IMG/VR virus record: IMGVR_UViG_2545824719_000020
DNA length: 5,489 bases
DNA from: a virus
Taxonomy: Duplodnaviria; Heunggongvirae; Uroviricota; Caudoviricetes
Reading direction: 5' to 3' (one strand)
This document shows positions 5,460 to 5,489 of this stretch, piece after piece (position 1 is the first letter of the stretch; every line of letters starts with the position of its first letter). The position numbers were made by a program, and so were the translations under genes. The notes beneath the pieces are model-generated. The model had not been told where the DNA came from, searched no databases, and saw only the letters and a list, made by a program, of their open reading frames with translations.

Positions 5460-5489
5460 GCTGACCTCATTTCCCCTTAACGCCGGGGT

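Noticed and set aside
1-5489. CRISPR arrays, tRNA/rRNA genes, IS elements, a recT/bet annealase, toxin-antitoxin pairs
   Set aside because: No regularly spaced direct repeats, no cloverleaf-compatible segments, no transposase-like ORF or terminal inverted repeats, and no ORF of suitable size for an annealase. The absence of the annealase is itself noted in the findings.

Overview
This window is the integrase-proximal end of a lambdoid prophage of the E. coli Qin (Kim) / dicB-operon type. Every credible gene is on the minus strand and reads right to left as one early-left (pL-like) unit: ydfA-like (51 aa), ydfB-like (42 aa), ydfC-like (72 aa), a hairpin-rich spacer, DicF sRNA (53/53 nt identical to the DicF sequence as I remember it), a dicB homolog broken by a 1-nt deletion after codon 19, a ydfD-like membrane peptide, an 823-aa multidomain protein ending in a DEDDh 3'-5' exonuclease domain, xis, and int. 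The int stop codon is at positions 1-3, so the attachment site lies outside the window. The two smallest genes (ydfA-like, ydfB-like) are below the ORF-track cutoff and were found by hand translation. I found no rRNA, tRNA, CRISPR array or transposase. The best candidates for undescribed biology are the architecture of the 823-aa exonuclease (unknown N-terminal domain, short RecE-like segment, C4 zinc ribbon, DEDDh domain, no annealase partner), the frameshifted dicB beside an intact DicF, and a 21-bp long-range RNA duplex bracketing the spacer between the DicF terminator and the dicB ribosome-binding site. All homology statements come from reading the translations and from memory of the families; no database search or folding program was run.
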